64,000 nucleotides of DNA from assembly GCF_947492455.1 (NCBI RefSeq), contig NZ_CANLNB010000004.1, positions 460,489-524,488 of the forward strand, given 5' to 3'. A program made the position numbers and the translations under genes. Source of the stretch: an uncultured Aliiroseovarius sp. Its GTDB lineage: Bacteria; Pseudomonadota; Alphaproteobacteria; Rhodobacterales; Rhodobacteraceae. Below are positions 27,865 to 36,853 of this stretch, piece by piece; the first letter of the stretch is position 1; the number at the start of each line of letters is the position of its first letter. The notes beneath the pieces are model-generated. The model saw nothing but the letters and a program-made list of their open reading frames with translations. It was not told the origin of the DNA and made no database searches.

Positions 27865-27941
27865 ATTCATCTCCCTTTGGGTACACATGAATGTGTATGC
27901 GGAATTTAGATTCCGTCTTGTCCTCAGGCTGGATGATTTCT

Positions 27942-27976
27942 GCACGATCGGTCAACATTTTTCTGACCGATCGTGC
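27942..27976. promoter_or_regulatory. 13-bp perfect inverted repeat in the divergent promoter region (candidate TetR/RutR operator or hairpin)
   Basis: GCACGATCGGTCA-N9-TGACCGATCGTGC. Each arm contains a TGACCGA/TCGGTCA half-site-like core. Confidence 0.4.
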
Positions 27977-28069
27977 GAATTGTTCTGTTTTCTGAGGAAA
28001 TCTCGTGCGAAAAGGGAAAGCACTGCGCGAAAGTTACGCAGAATTAAGGTGTGAAGTGTTGACGTAAGT

Positions 28070-28702
28070 ATGGCGACAAAAGGCATTCAAAGCCGTAATC
28101 GGCAGGAAGTTACCGGGCGGATTCTTTCCGCCGCAGAACGCGTGTTCGCCGAGTTCGGATACGCAGGCGCGTCGATCAGCCGGATCGCGGCGCAGGCAGG
28201 CATTCCGAAATCGAACGTGGTTTACTATTTCGAGACCAAGGAACTGCTCTATCGTCGCGTGGTGGGCGAGATCTTTGACATCTGGCGCGCGGCGGCGGAC
28301 AGCATCACTGTCGACAATGACCCAATTCAGGCGCTGGGCGACTATATCGACACGAAGCTCGATCTGGCGCGGACGCGGCCTTATGGCTCGAAGGTCTGGG
28401 CCAATGAGATTATTCAGCGTGCACCGATTGTGCAGGACTATTTGGAAGACGAATTGCGATCCTGGACCGAGGATCGGATCGTGGTGATCGAGGCGTGGAT
28501 CGCACGCGGGCAGATCCGCCAGATCAGCGCGCGTCATCTGCTCTATGCGATCTGGGCGACCACCCAGCACTATGCGGATTTTACCCATCAGATCACCACG
28601 CTGAACGAGGGCGTCGAGCTGACAAACCGCCAGTGGGACGAGACGAAGACGGCAGTGAAAGACCTGCTTCTGCGTGGCGTTGAAAAGCCCGGTGGCGCGT
28701 AA
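28070..28702 (+). CDS. TetR-family regulator, RutR-like (paralog 1)
   Basis: HTH ILSAAERVFAEFGYAGASISRIAAQAGIPKSNVVYYFETKELLY. The C-terminal YADF region is shared with paralog 2. Confidence 0.85.
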   Translation: MATKGIQSRNRQEVTGRILSAAERVFAEFGYAGASISRIAAQAGIPKSNVVYYFETKELLYRRVVGEIFDIWRAAADSITVDNDPIQALGDYIDTKLDLARTRPYGSKVWANEIIQRAPIVQDYLEDELRSWTEDRIVVIEAWIARGQIRQISARHLLYAIWATTQHYADFTHQITTLNEGVELTNRQWDETKTAVKDLLLRGVEKPGGA

Positions 28703-29328
28703 TGGCGCGGGCGGGGACCACAGCGCGCAAGACGCGCAATCAGATGGAGAAGCGGCAGGCGATTTTTGAGGCTGCTTTGGACGTGTTTTCCGAAAAAGGG
28801 TTGCGTGGTGCGACGTTAGAGCAGGTCGCCAAGGCTGCCGGGCTGTCCAAGCAGAACGTGGTTTATTATTTTGCCGGCAAGGACGAGATCTATGCCGAGC
28901 TGTTGGAAAGCCTGCTGGAAAAATGGGTGCAGCCTCTGCATGACCTGACGGCGGACGGTGACCCGTTGGACGAGATCCTGACCTATGTCTCGCGCAAGGT
29001 TCAGATGTCGCGCAACATGCCGCGCGAAAGCCGTCTGTTTGCGACCGAAATCCTGCACGGCGCCCCACGTTTAGGCGAGGTACTACCGACGGATCTGAAG
29101 GCTCTGGTCGATGAAAAAGCCGCGATCATTCAGGGCTGGATGGATGCTGGAAAACTGGCGCCGCTGGACCCGCACCACCTGATCTTTTCAATCTGGGCGA
29201 TGACGCAGCACTATGCCGATTTCGATGTGCAGGTGCGGTCCGTGTTGGGGCCCGAGCGCTCGGCCTCGCGGTTCGAGGATGCGGAAGCCTTCATCAAGGA
29301 CATGCTGATCAGGACGCTTCGGCCCTAA
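28702..29328 (+). CDS. TetR-family regulator, RutR-like (paralog 2)
   Basis: HTH IFEAALDVFSEKGLRGATLEQVAKAAGLSKQNVVYYFAGKDEIY. The start overlaps the paralog 1 stop (TAATG). Confidence 0.85.
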   Translation: MARAGTTARKTRNQMEKRQAIFEAALDVFSEKGLRGATLEQVAKAAGLSKQNVVYYFAGKDEIYAELLESLLEKWVQPLHDLTADGDPLDEILTYVSRKVQMSRNMPRESRLFATEILHGAPRLGEVLPTDLKALVDEKAAIIQGWMDAGKLAPLDPHHLIFSIWAMTQHYADFDVQVRSVLGPERSASRFEDAEAFIKDMLIRTLRP

Positions 29329-30163
29329 GCAGCATCAGCAGGGCCAGAAGCGTCGCACCCACCCCCAGAAGCAGCATCAGAGGCTGGGTTTTGTCATGCA
29401 GCAGCAGATCCCACAGCACGACCCAGCTGGGCACCAAATAGGTATAGGCCATGACCTTGCCCGCGGGCAGACGTTGGGCCGCGTATTGCAGCAGGAAGAA
29501 GGATCCGGCTGTTGCGGCAACCGCCAGATAGATGATCACCAGCCAGACGGCGGGGCGCAGGGCAGCATAGTCGGTTGCTATCAGGTCTGGCGCCCCGTAG
29601 ATGGCCGTGACGACGAGCGCCCCAAGAATGGTTCCGATCGAGGTCTGGACGGGTTTCACATCATGGGCCAACTTGCGGGCGAGGGCGGGGACCATTGCAT
29701 GGGCGAAGGCACCAATGGTGAACAGAGCCTCACCAAAGCCGATCTCGAACCGAAGAAGCGCGTTCAGATCAGCGCGGAAGATCACCCAGATCGCGCCAAT
29801 GGCTCCGATGGTCAGGGCAATCAGGGTCCAACGGCTGGCGTATTGGCGTGCGATGACATAGCCGAACCCAGCAGCCATCAGGGGCGTTAAGGTAAAGACA
29901 GCGGCGGTCGAGACGGCGGATGTGACGCGCAGCGCCTCGAACATGGTGATGAAATAGACAGCCATCAGCCCGCCCATTAGGCCAAACCGCCAGAAGCGGT
30001 GGAATACCGGGGCAATTGGCACCCGCATTACCTTCGCGACGATCATCAGCAAGAGCGCGGCCAGCGCAAAGCGCACGGTGCTCAGCGCCGCCGGGGCCAT
30101 GTCGCGGGCCACGATATGTCCAAAGGTGAAGGACAGCGATACCAGCATCGAAAAGCTGAGCAT
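29309..30163 (-). CDS. EamA/DMT-family transporter
   Basis: About 10 TM segments with an EamA-like duplicated profile. 30163 is the first ATG clear of preA. The start is uncertain because upstream ATGs at 30259/30265 would overlap preA by more than 50 nt. Confidence 0.7.
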   Translation of the reverse strand: MLSFSMLVSLSFTFGHIVARDMAPAALSTVRFALAALLLMIVAKVMRVPIAPVFHRFWRFGLMGGLMAVYFITMFEALRVTSAVSTAAVFTLTPLMAAGFGYVIARQYASRWTLIALTIGAIGAIWVIFRADLNALLRFEIGFGEALFTIGAFAHAMVPALARKLAHDVKPVQTSIGTILGALVVTAIYGAPDLIATDYAALRPAVWLVIIYLAVAATAGSFFLLQYAAQRLPAGKVMAYTYLVPSWVVLWDLLLHDKTQPLMLLLGVGATLLALLMLLRAEAS

Positions 30164-30206
30164 CGCCAAATGGCCCTGCCACGCAGGCGGCAGGGCCGAG
30201 GGGTGC

Positions 30207-31511
30207 TTACTCCGCAGCGGTTGCGCTGGGGTTGTTGGGGTGGGTTGTCCAGTTTGCATACTCATCCGCAACAGGCTTTCCGGTCCGTTCATCCATGGCG
30301 CCGGGCGCAATGGTTTCCATCGTGATACAGCCTTCGACGGGGCAGACATTGACGCACAGGTTGCACGCAACGCATTCGTCGTCTTTCACATCAAAGACAC
30401 GGTCTTCGGACATGGTGATTGCCTGATGCGAGGTGTCTTCGCAAGCGGCAAAGCAACGGCCACATTTGATGCAGTCCTCTTGGCTGATCCGCGCCTTGGT
30501 GACGTGGTTCAGGTTCAGATACTGCCAGTCGGTGACGTTCGGAACAGCACGTCCGATGACCTCGTCAATCGAGCTATATCCCTGTTCGTCCATCCATTGG
30601 CTCAGGCCCGAGATCATCTCTTGCACCACTTTGAAGCCATAGGTCATGGCGGCGGTACAGACTTGCACGTTGCCCGCACCAAGCGCCAAGAACTCTGCCG
30701 CATCGCGCCATGTGGTCACACCGCCAATGCCCGAGATGGGCAGACCATGCGTGCCGGGGTTGCGGGCGATCTCGGCCACCATGTTCAGGGCGATGGGCTT
30801 CACCGCCGGACCGCAATAGCCGCCATGCGTGCCTTTGCCGTCGATCATGGGCTCGGGCGACATCGCGTCCAGATTGACCGAGGTGATCGAGTTGATCGTG
30901 TTGATCAGGCTGACCGCATCCGCGCCGCCATCCTTGGCGGCCTGCGCCGGGTGCAGGATGTTGGTGATGTTCGGTGTCAGCTTCACAATCACCGGCAGGT
31001 CGGTCGCGGCTTTACACCAGCGGGTGACCATCTCGATATATTCGGGCACCTGACCGACTGCCGACCCCATGCCGCGTTCGGCCATGCCATGCGGACAACC
31101 GAAGTTCAGCTCGAACCCATCACAGCCAGTTTCTGCGATGCGCGGAATGATTTCCTTCCACGCCTCTTCCTCGCACGGCACCATGACCGAGGCGATCAGC
31201 GCGCGGTCGGGATAGTCCTTTTTCACGCGGGTCATTTCTTCGAGGTTCACCGAGAGCGGGCGATCCGTGATCAGCTCGATATTGTTCAGACCCAGAAGGC
31301 GACGATCCGCGCCGTGAATGGCGCCATAGCGCGGGCCGTTCACGTTGACGACGGGCGGACCTTCGGAGCCCAAGGTTTTCCAAACCACGCCGCCCCAACC
31401 GGCCTCGAACGCGCGGCGGACGTTGTATTCCTTGTCAGTCGGCGGGGCCGAAGCCAGCCAGAACGGGTTGGGAGACGAAATTCCAAGAAAGTTTGATGTC
31501 AGATCAGCCAT
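30207..31511 (-). CDS. preA: NAD-dependent dihydropyrimidine dehydrogenase, PreA subunit
   Basis: DHOD-like TIM-barrel N-terminal domain plus C-terminal 2x[4Fe-4S] ferredoxin motifs (CIKCGRCFAACED, CVACNLCVNVCP). Confidence 0.92.
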   Translation of the reverse strand: MADLTSNFLGISSPNPFWLASAPPTDKEYNVRRAFEAGWGGVVWKTLGSEGPPVVNVNGPRYGAIHGADRRLLGLNNIELITDRPLSVNLEEMTRVKKDYPDRALIASVMVPCEEEAWKEIIPRIAETGCDGFELNFGCPHGMAERGMGSAVGQVPEYIEMVTRWCKAATDLPVIVKLTPNITNILHPAQAAKDGGADAVSLINTINSITSVNLDAMSPEPMIDGKGTHGGYCGPAVKPIALNMVAEIARNPGTHGLPISGIGGVTTWRDAAEFLALGAGNVQVCTAAMTYGFKVVQEMISGLSQWMDEQGYSSIDEVIGRAVPNVTDWQYLNLNHVTKARISQEDCIKCGRCFAACEDTSHQAITMSEDRVFDVKDDECVACNLCVNVCPVEGCITMETIAPGAMDERTGKPVADEYANWTTHPNNPSATAAE

Positions 31512-32851
31512 TAGCTTGCTCCCATCAATGTAGCGTGAATATCCATGGCCGCATCGCGACCTTCGGCAACGGCGGTGACGGTCAGGTCATCCCCGCCCGA
31601 GGCACAATCGCCCCCGGCCCAGACGCCGCCAGCACTCGTGCGCTGTGCGTCATCGACCTTGATCTTGCCGCCGTCCAGTGACAGCGCGTCAGGCGTATCG
31701 CCCAGCTTTTGACCGATGGCTTTGAACAGCTGATCGGCGGGCAGGGTGAAGGTCTCGTCCAGCGTGACCAGCTTGCCGTTTTGCGTTTCAGTGTAGGCGA
31801 AGGTGACGCCGGTCAGTGACCCGTTGCCTTCGACGCCCACGGGGGTTGCGTTACAGATCAGGGTCACACCCTTTTGCTGTGCAAGTTCCTGTTCGAAGGA
31901 TGACGCTGCCATCGCCTCTTGTCCGCGACGATAGACAATGGTGACGTCCTCCGCCCCCAACAGCTTGGCTTGCACACCAGCATCAATTGCGGTCATACCA
32001 CCGCCGATGACGACGACACGGCGCCCGACGGGGAGGGCGGTCAGGTCGGATGCCTGACGCAGGTCGGCAATAAAATCAACGGCGTCCGAGATGTTGTCCT
32101 TGTCCTCACCATCCATTCCCAGCGCATTGACGGCCGAAAGCCCCATGCCAAGAAAGACCGCGTCAAAGTCGCTTTGCAGCGCATCCAGCGCGATCCCATC
32201 TCCAAGCGACTGGCCATAACGGATCTCGATCCCGCCGATGGACAGTAGCCAGTCCAGCTCGCGCTGGGCGAAGTCGTTGGTGGACTTGTAGGCGGCGATG
32301 CCGAACTCGTTCAGACCGCCCCCTTTGGCGCGGGCTTCGAACACCACGACATCATGGCCCAGCATGGCCAGACGATGCGCGCAGGACAGGCCTGCGGGAC
32401 CTGCGCCCACAACGGCAACCGATTTGCCGGTCTTGTCCGCGCGAGCGAACGGATGCGTGTTCGATGCCATCAGCGTGTCGGTGGCATAGCGCTGCAGGCG
32501 TCCGATCTCGACGGGTTTGCCTTCTGCGGTTTCGCGCACGCAAACCTCTTCGCACAAGGTCTCGGTCGGGCAGACGCGGGCGCACATGCCGCCGAGGATG
32601 TTCTGGTTGAGGATGGTCTTCGCCGCGGCCTCGGGCGTGCCGGTGGCGATTTGACGAATGAAAAGCGGAATGTCGATCGAGGTCGGGCAGGCGGTCATGC
32701 ACGGTGCGTCGTGACAGAAATAGCAGCGATCCGCTGCGACCAGTGCCTCGTGCCCGTCATATTCCGGGTGAAGGTCGGTAAAGTTGTCGGCAACTTGCGT
32801 CGGGTCTAACCGCCCGGCTGCAACGCCGTTTTCCCTGTTGATATGTGCCAT
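31511..32851 (-). CDS. preT: NAD-dependent dihydropyrimidine dehydrogenase, PreT subunit (GltD-like)
   Basis: N-terminal Fe-S Cys clusters (CYFCHDAPCMTACP) and a GAGPAG dinucleotide fold. ATG 32851 with AAGGAA SD. The stop overlaps the preA start (TAATG). Confidence 0.9.
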   Translation of the reverse strand: MAHINRENGVAAGRLDPTQVADNFTDLHPEYDGHEALVAADRCYFCHDAPCMTACPTSIDIPLFIRQIATGTPEAAAKTILNQNILGGMCARVCPTETLCEEVCVRETAEGKPVEIGRLQRYATDTLMASNTHPFARADKTGKSVAVVGAGPAGLSCAHRLAMLGHDVVVFEARAKGGGLNEFGIAAYKSTNDFAQRELDWLLSIGGIEIRYGQSLGDGIALDALQSDFDAVFLGMGLSAVNALGMDGEDKDNISDAVDFIADLRQASDLTALPVGRRVVVIGGGMTAIDAGVQAKLLGAEDVTIVYRRGQEAMAASSFEQELAQQKGVTLICNATPVGVEGNGSLTGVTFAYTETQNGKLVTLDETFTLPADQLFKAIGQKLGDTPDALSLDGGKIKVDDAQRTSAGGVWAGGDCASGGDDLTVTAVAEGRDAAMDIHATLMGAS

Positions 32852-32904
32852 AGCTGGTTCCTTGGATTGGCTTTGGTGCAATCAGTAGGGCATAGAATCA
32901 AAAG

Positions 32905-32922
32905 TTTTACCAGATGGTAAAA
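32905..32922. promoter_or_regulatory. RutR-box-like palindrome upstream of preT
   Basis: TTTTACCA-GA-TGGTAAAA has perfect 8-bp arms. It differs from the E. coli RutR consensus TTGACCAnnTGGTCAA at one symmetric position. It lies 54 nt upstream of the preT ATG. Confidence 0.5.
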
Positions 32923-32990
32923 TTAATTTCTGTTCGCGAGGGATAACACATCCGCACGAAAACACGGGGTGCAGACACGGCGCCCATCCT

Positions 32991-33027
32991 GAAAATGAAA
33001 AAAGCCGCGACGGGCGGTCGCGGCTTT
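32991..33027 (-). terminator. Rho-independent terminator after ychF
   Basis: Minus strand reads AAAGCCGCGAC-CGCCC-GTCGCGGCTTT followed by TTTCATTTTC. Confidence 0.75.
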
Positions 33028-33050
33028 AGCTGATTGATTTTTAAGTCAGA

Positions 33051-34148
33051 TCAGGCGTTGAACAGGAAGTGCAGAACGTCGCCATCCTTGACCATATAGC
33101 CCTTGCCCTCGGCGCGCATTTTGCCCGCTTCTTTCGCAGGGCCTTCGCCGCCCAGCTCGACGTAATCGTCATAGGCGATGGTCTCGGCCCGGATGAAACC
33201 ACGCTCGAAATCGCCGTGAATCACACCAGCCGCCTGCGGGGCCATGGTGCCCTCGCGGATGGTCCAGGCGCGGGCTTCTTTCGGGCCGACGGTGAAGTAG
33301 GTTTCCAGATGCAGCAGCTCGTAACCGGCGCGGATCAGGCGATCCAGTCCGGCCTCGGTCAGGCCCAGCTCTTCCAGGAACATCTCTTGTTCCTCTTCTT
33401 CCAGCTGGCTGATTTCTTCTTCGATCTTGGCGGAAATCACCACAGATGCGGCACCCTGTGCCGCGGCCATTTCTTCGACCGCTTTCGAATACGCGTTGCC
33501 GGTGGCCGCGTCGCTTTCGTCGACGTTGCAGACATAAAGGATCTTCTTGGTGGTCAGAAGCTGCAGCATCTTCCACGCTTTCTTGTCTTCCTCATCCACC
33601 TCGACGGTGCGGGCAGGCTGGCCGTTTTCCAGCACTTCTTGCGCGGCGGCGAGAAGGCGGTCCTGCTGCTGGGCGTCCTTGTCGTTGCCCTTCAGTTTGC
33701 GCACCAGACCGGCGCGGCGTTTCTCGATGCTTTCCAGATCAGCCAGCATCAGCTCGGTCTCGATCACTTCGGCGTCTTCGACCGGGTTCACGCGGCCATC
33801 AACGTGGGTCACGTCGCCGTCGTCAAAGCAGCGCAGCACGTGGGCGATTGCGTCGGTTTCGCGGATGTTGGCCAGAAACTGGTTGCCCAGACCTTCGCCT
33901 TTTGAGGCACCCTTCACCAGACCGGCAATGTCCACAAAGGTCATGCGGGCGGGAATGATCTCTTTCGACTTTGCAATCGCGGCCAGTTTGTCCAGACGCG
34001 GGTCCGGCACGTTCACTTCGCCCGTATTGGGTTCAATGGTGCAGAAGGGGAAGTTGGCGGCCTGCGCGGCAGCCGTTTTGGTCAGTGCGTTGAACAGGGT
34101 CGATTTGCCCACATTCGGCAGACCCACGATACCCATCTTGAAACCCAT
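33051..34148 (-). CDS. ychF: Redox-regulated ATPase YchF (Obg-family)
   Basis: [34 protein letters not shown]-terminal TGS-like domain. Confidence 0.95.
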   Translation of the reverse strand: MGFKMGIVGLPNVGKSTLFNALTKTAAAQAANFPFCTIEPNTGEVNVPDPRLDKLAAIAKSKEIIPARMTFVDIAGLVKGASKGEGLGNQFLANIRETDAIAHVLRCFDDGDVTHVDGRVNPVEDAEVIETELMLADLESIEKRRAGLVRKLKGNDKDAQQQDRLLAAAQEVLENGQPARTVEVDEEDKKAWKMLQLLTTKKILYVCNVDESDAATGNAYSKAVEEMAAAQGAASVVISAKIEEEISQLEEEEQEMFLEELGLTEAGLDRLIRAGYELLHLETYFTVGPKEARAWTIREGTMAPQAAGVIHGDFERGFIRAETIAYDDYVELGGEGPAKEAGKMRAEGKGYMVKDGDVLHFLFNA

Positions 34149-34248
34149 CACGGCCTCCGTCGTTGAAATACTCGCGCGTTCTAGGGCTTTGACAGGCTGG
34201 GCGCAAGCGTGGTGGAGTGGGAAGGCATGAATTGGAGGAGGATGACGT

Positions 34249-34665
34249 ATGCAACCTATTCCCTATGTGTTTTTCAAAGACCAAGCCCGCGCTGCCATGA
34301 CCCGCTATGGCGAGGTTTTCGGAACCGCGCCCGAGATCATGTCGTTCAAGGATATGCCCGAAGCTGACCGTGCCCAAATGCCCGGCGTGCCGGATGATGC
34401 GGTAATGCACGCTGGGCTGGCCATCGGGGATGGCTGGCTGTTTGCCAGTGACGATCCATCCGGCGAGACGCCCGCGATGGCAGGCTGCAATGTCTGCGTG
34501 TCCTTGGCAGGCGATGACGAAACCCGCCGCGTGTTCGACGCCTTGTCCGAGGGCGGCGAGGTGCGGATGCCTCTATCGCCGATGTTCTGGACGTCACTTT
34601 TCGGGACGTTGACCGACAGATTTGGTGTGCGCTGGATGATTATGGCGGACAGTGATTATCAGTGA
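34249..34665 (+). CDS. VOC-family protein (PhnB / 3-demethylubiquinone methyltransferase-like domain)
   Basis: 138 aa. The PYVFF...A...Y..VFG start and the MPL...FW...FG.L.DRFGV.WMI end are typical of the PhnB-like glyoxalase fold. Confidence 0.72.
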   Translation: MQPIPYVFFKDQARAAMTRYGEVFGTAPEIMSFKDMPEADRAQMPGVPDDAVMHAGLAIGDGWLFASDDPSGETPAMAGCNVCVSLAGDDETRRVFDALSEGGEVRMPLSPMFWTSLFGTLTDRFGVRWMIMADSDYQ

Positions 34666-34724
34666 GCCATTGATTTTCCTGTCCCGCTTGGGCAAACCGG
34701 GCAGGACCAAGAAGGGGATCACGC

Positions 34725-35516
34725 ATGACTCGCATCGACGCCAAATTTGCCGCGCTTAAGGAAAAAGGCCAGAAAGCCTTTGTTGCCTACATCATGGGCG
34801 GTGATCCCGATGTGGAAACCTCGCTTGAGGTGATGAAAGGTTTGCCTGCGGCGGGCGTGGACGTGATCGAGCTGGGCGTGCCCTTCACCGATCCGATGGC
34901 AGATGGCCCGACCATTCAGCTGGCCGGTCAGCGCGCGCTGGAAGGTGGCATGACCTTGCAAAAGACGCTGGATATGGCCGCCGCGTTCCGCAAGGAAGAC
35001 GACACCACGCCGATCGTGCTGATGGGCTATTACAATCCGATCTATAACCGTGGCGTAGATCAGTTTCTGGTCGACGCCAAAGCGGCCGGCGTTGACGGGT
35101 TGATCGTCGTGGACCTGCCGCCGGAAGAAGATGACGAGCTGTGCATCCCGGCGCAGAAGGCGGGTCTGAACTTCATTCGTCTGGCGACCCCGACCACCGA
35201 TGACAAACGACTGCCCAAAGTGCTGCAGAATACCTCGGGCTTTGTATACTACGTGTCGGTGACCGGCGTGACTGGCTCTGCCGAGGCGCAGGCGGGCAAT
35301 GTTGGCCCGGAAGTGGCCCGCATCAAATCCGCGACCGATATTCCCGTAATCGTCGGCTTCGGCGTGAACACCCCCGAAAAGGCCGAGGCGATTGCCAGCG
35401 TGGCAGACGGCACCGTGGTCGGATCGGCCATCGTGTCGAAGATCGGCGCGGGCGAGCCTGTGGCCGATATTCTGGACTTCGTGAAGTCTCTGGCCGACGG
35501 CGCGCACCGCGGCTGA
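34725..35516 (+). CDS. trpA: Tryptophan synthase alpha chain
   Basis: [26 protein letters not shown] motifs; 263 aa. Confidence 0.93.
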   Translation: MTRIDAKFAALKEKGQKAFVAYIMGGDPDVETSLEVMKGLPAAGVDVIELGVPFTDPMADGPTIQLAGQRALEGGMTLQKTLDMAAAFRKEDDTTPIVLMGYYNPIYNRGVDQFLVDAKAAGVDGLIVVDLPPEEDDELCIPAQKAGLNFIRLATPTTDDKRLPKVLQNTSGFVYYVSVTGVTGSAEAQAGNVGPEVARIKSATDIPVIVGFGVNTPEKAEAIASVADGTVVGSAIVSKIGAGEPVADILDFVKSLADGAHRG

Positions 35517-36734
35517 TTAGATCACGGCACTCTCGCCAAAGGGGATGCCGGTGACTATCCGCTCATACCCAAAGAGTGATAGATCCATGCTGCGGTAGCT
35601 GCCATGGACGATCAGCTCGGCCAACCCGCGTCCCATCGCAGGCGCTTGCTGCAACCCATGCCCTGAGAACCCATTGATAAAGTGGAAGTTTTCCATCTCG
35701 GGGTGTGGACCCAGAATGGCATTCTGATCGAGCGTGTTATAGGCATAATGGCCCGCCCATTCGGTGACGATCTTCAGCGCCTCGAACTGGGGGATGCGGG
35801 TGGCGACATGCGGCCAGACATGGGTCTCCCAGATGCTATGATCCATATGGAAATCGTCGGGCGCGACGGCGATGTCGTCATGGGGGGCTGCGCCAACCAT
35901 ATAGGTTTCCGGCCCGTCCTGACGAACATGGATGCCGCTGGGATCGACAGTCAGGGGCAGGGGCCGGTCCAGCGGGTTGGCCGCAGTGAACACCCAAGTG
36001 AAGCGTTTGCGCGGCTCGATCGGGACGTCCAGCCCAGCCATTTTCGACAGGAACGCAGCACGAGGCCCGGCGGCGTTGACAAGATGGCCGCATCCGATTT
36101 GCGTGCCGTCGGATAGCGTGACCGAGGTGGCGCGAGCACCGTCGGTCTGAATGCCCGTGACCTCGCCCGACAGGTATTCCACGCCCGCCTCGATGGCTTT
36201 GCGGCGGAACCAATCGAACAGAGCACCTCCGTCCCAATAGCCTTCATCGACCGCTCCGTGGCTGCCCAGAATGATGTCTTCCAGATCGTAGAACGGATAG
36301 GCCTCGGCCAGGTCGTCACGGGTCAGGATGCGGGTGCCAGCGCCAAGCGCCGCCTGCATGGCCTGCGCGGTCTTCAGTTCCTCGGCGCGCGCTTCGGTAT
36401 CCGCCAGATAGAGATAGCCAAAATCCTGCACGGCGATGTTTTCGATCCGCTCATCCCCGCCCATGTTGGTGCGCAGGTCTTTAATGAACTGAAGTGTGAA
36501 TTGTGAAATCTTCACGTTCAGTGCTTCGGAAAACTGTTGCCGAATGCAGGAATTTGTATGGGCGGTCGAGCATTGCGCAAAGCTGGGATCGCGTTCGATC
36601 ACCAGTACACGCCCGTCGAAATCAGCATTTTGCGACAACCACCACGCGACCGACGATCCCATGATGGCGCCCCCGACGATCACGACGTCATAGGTACTGT
36701 GGTCGGGTTGCGTGCGAAAAGACCGTTGGCTCAC
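35517..36734 (-). CDS. FAD-dependent oxidoreductase (DAO/sarcosine-oxidase-beta-like)
   Basis: N-terminal YDVVIVGGAIMGSSVAWWL dinucleotide-binding motif; 405 aa. Confidence 0.85.
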   Translation of the reverse strand: MSQRSFRTQPDHSTYDVVIVGGAIMGSSVAWWLSQNADFDGRVLVIERDPSFAQCSTAHTNSCIRQQFSEALNVKISQFTLQFIKDLRTNMGGDERIENIAVQDFGYLYLADTEARAEELKTAQAMQAALGAGTRILTRDDLAEAYPFYDLEDIILGSHGAVDEGYWDGGALFDWFRRKAIEAGVEYLSGEVTGIQTDGARATSVTLSDGTQIGCGHLVNAAGPRAAFLSKMAGLDVPIEPRKRFTWVFTAANPLDRPLPLTVDPSGIHVRQDGPETYMVGAAPHDDIAVAPDDFHMDHSIWETHVWPHVATRIPQFEALKIVTEWAGHYAYNTLDQNAILGPHPEMENFHFINGFSGHGLQQAPAMGRGLAELIVHGSYRSMDLSLFGYERIVTGIPFGESAVI

Positions 36735-36853
36735 GGAAGGCTCCTGTCGATGTGGTGAGGTCGGCGCGGCGTGCCACGCGTCAGGGGCACGTTAGCGCCG
36801 GGTCGGACATCTGGGAAGATCTTGTGATAGGAATTTTTTCTAGAAACGTCAGG

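Noticed and set aside
29309-30370. Full-length 353-aa version of the EamA transporter ORF
   Set aside because: Its first 54+ codons overlap the 3' end of preA, and the extension is Pro/Ala/Ser-rich and non-membrane. I trimmed to ATG 30163, but the true start remains uncertain.
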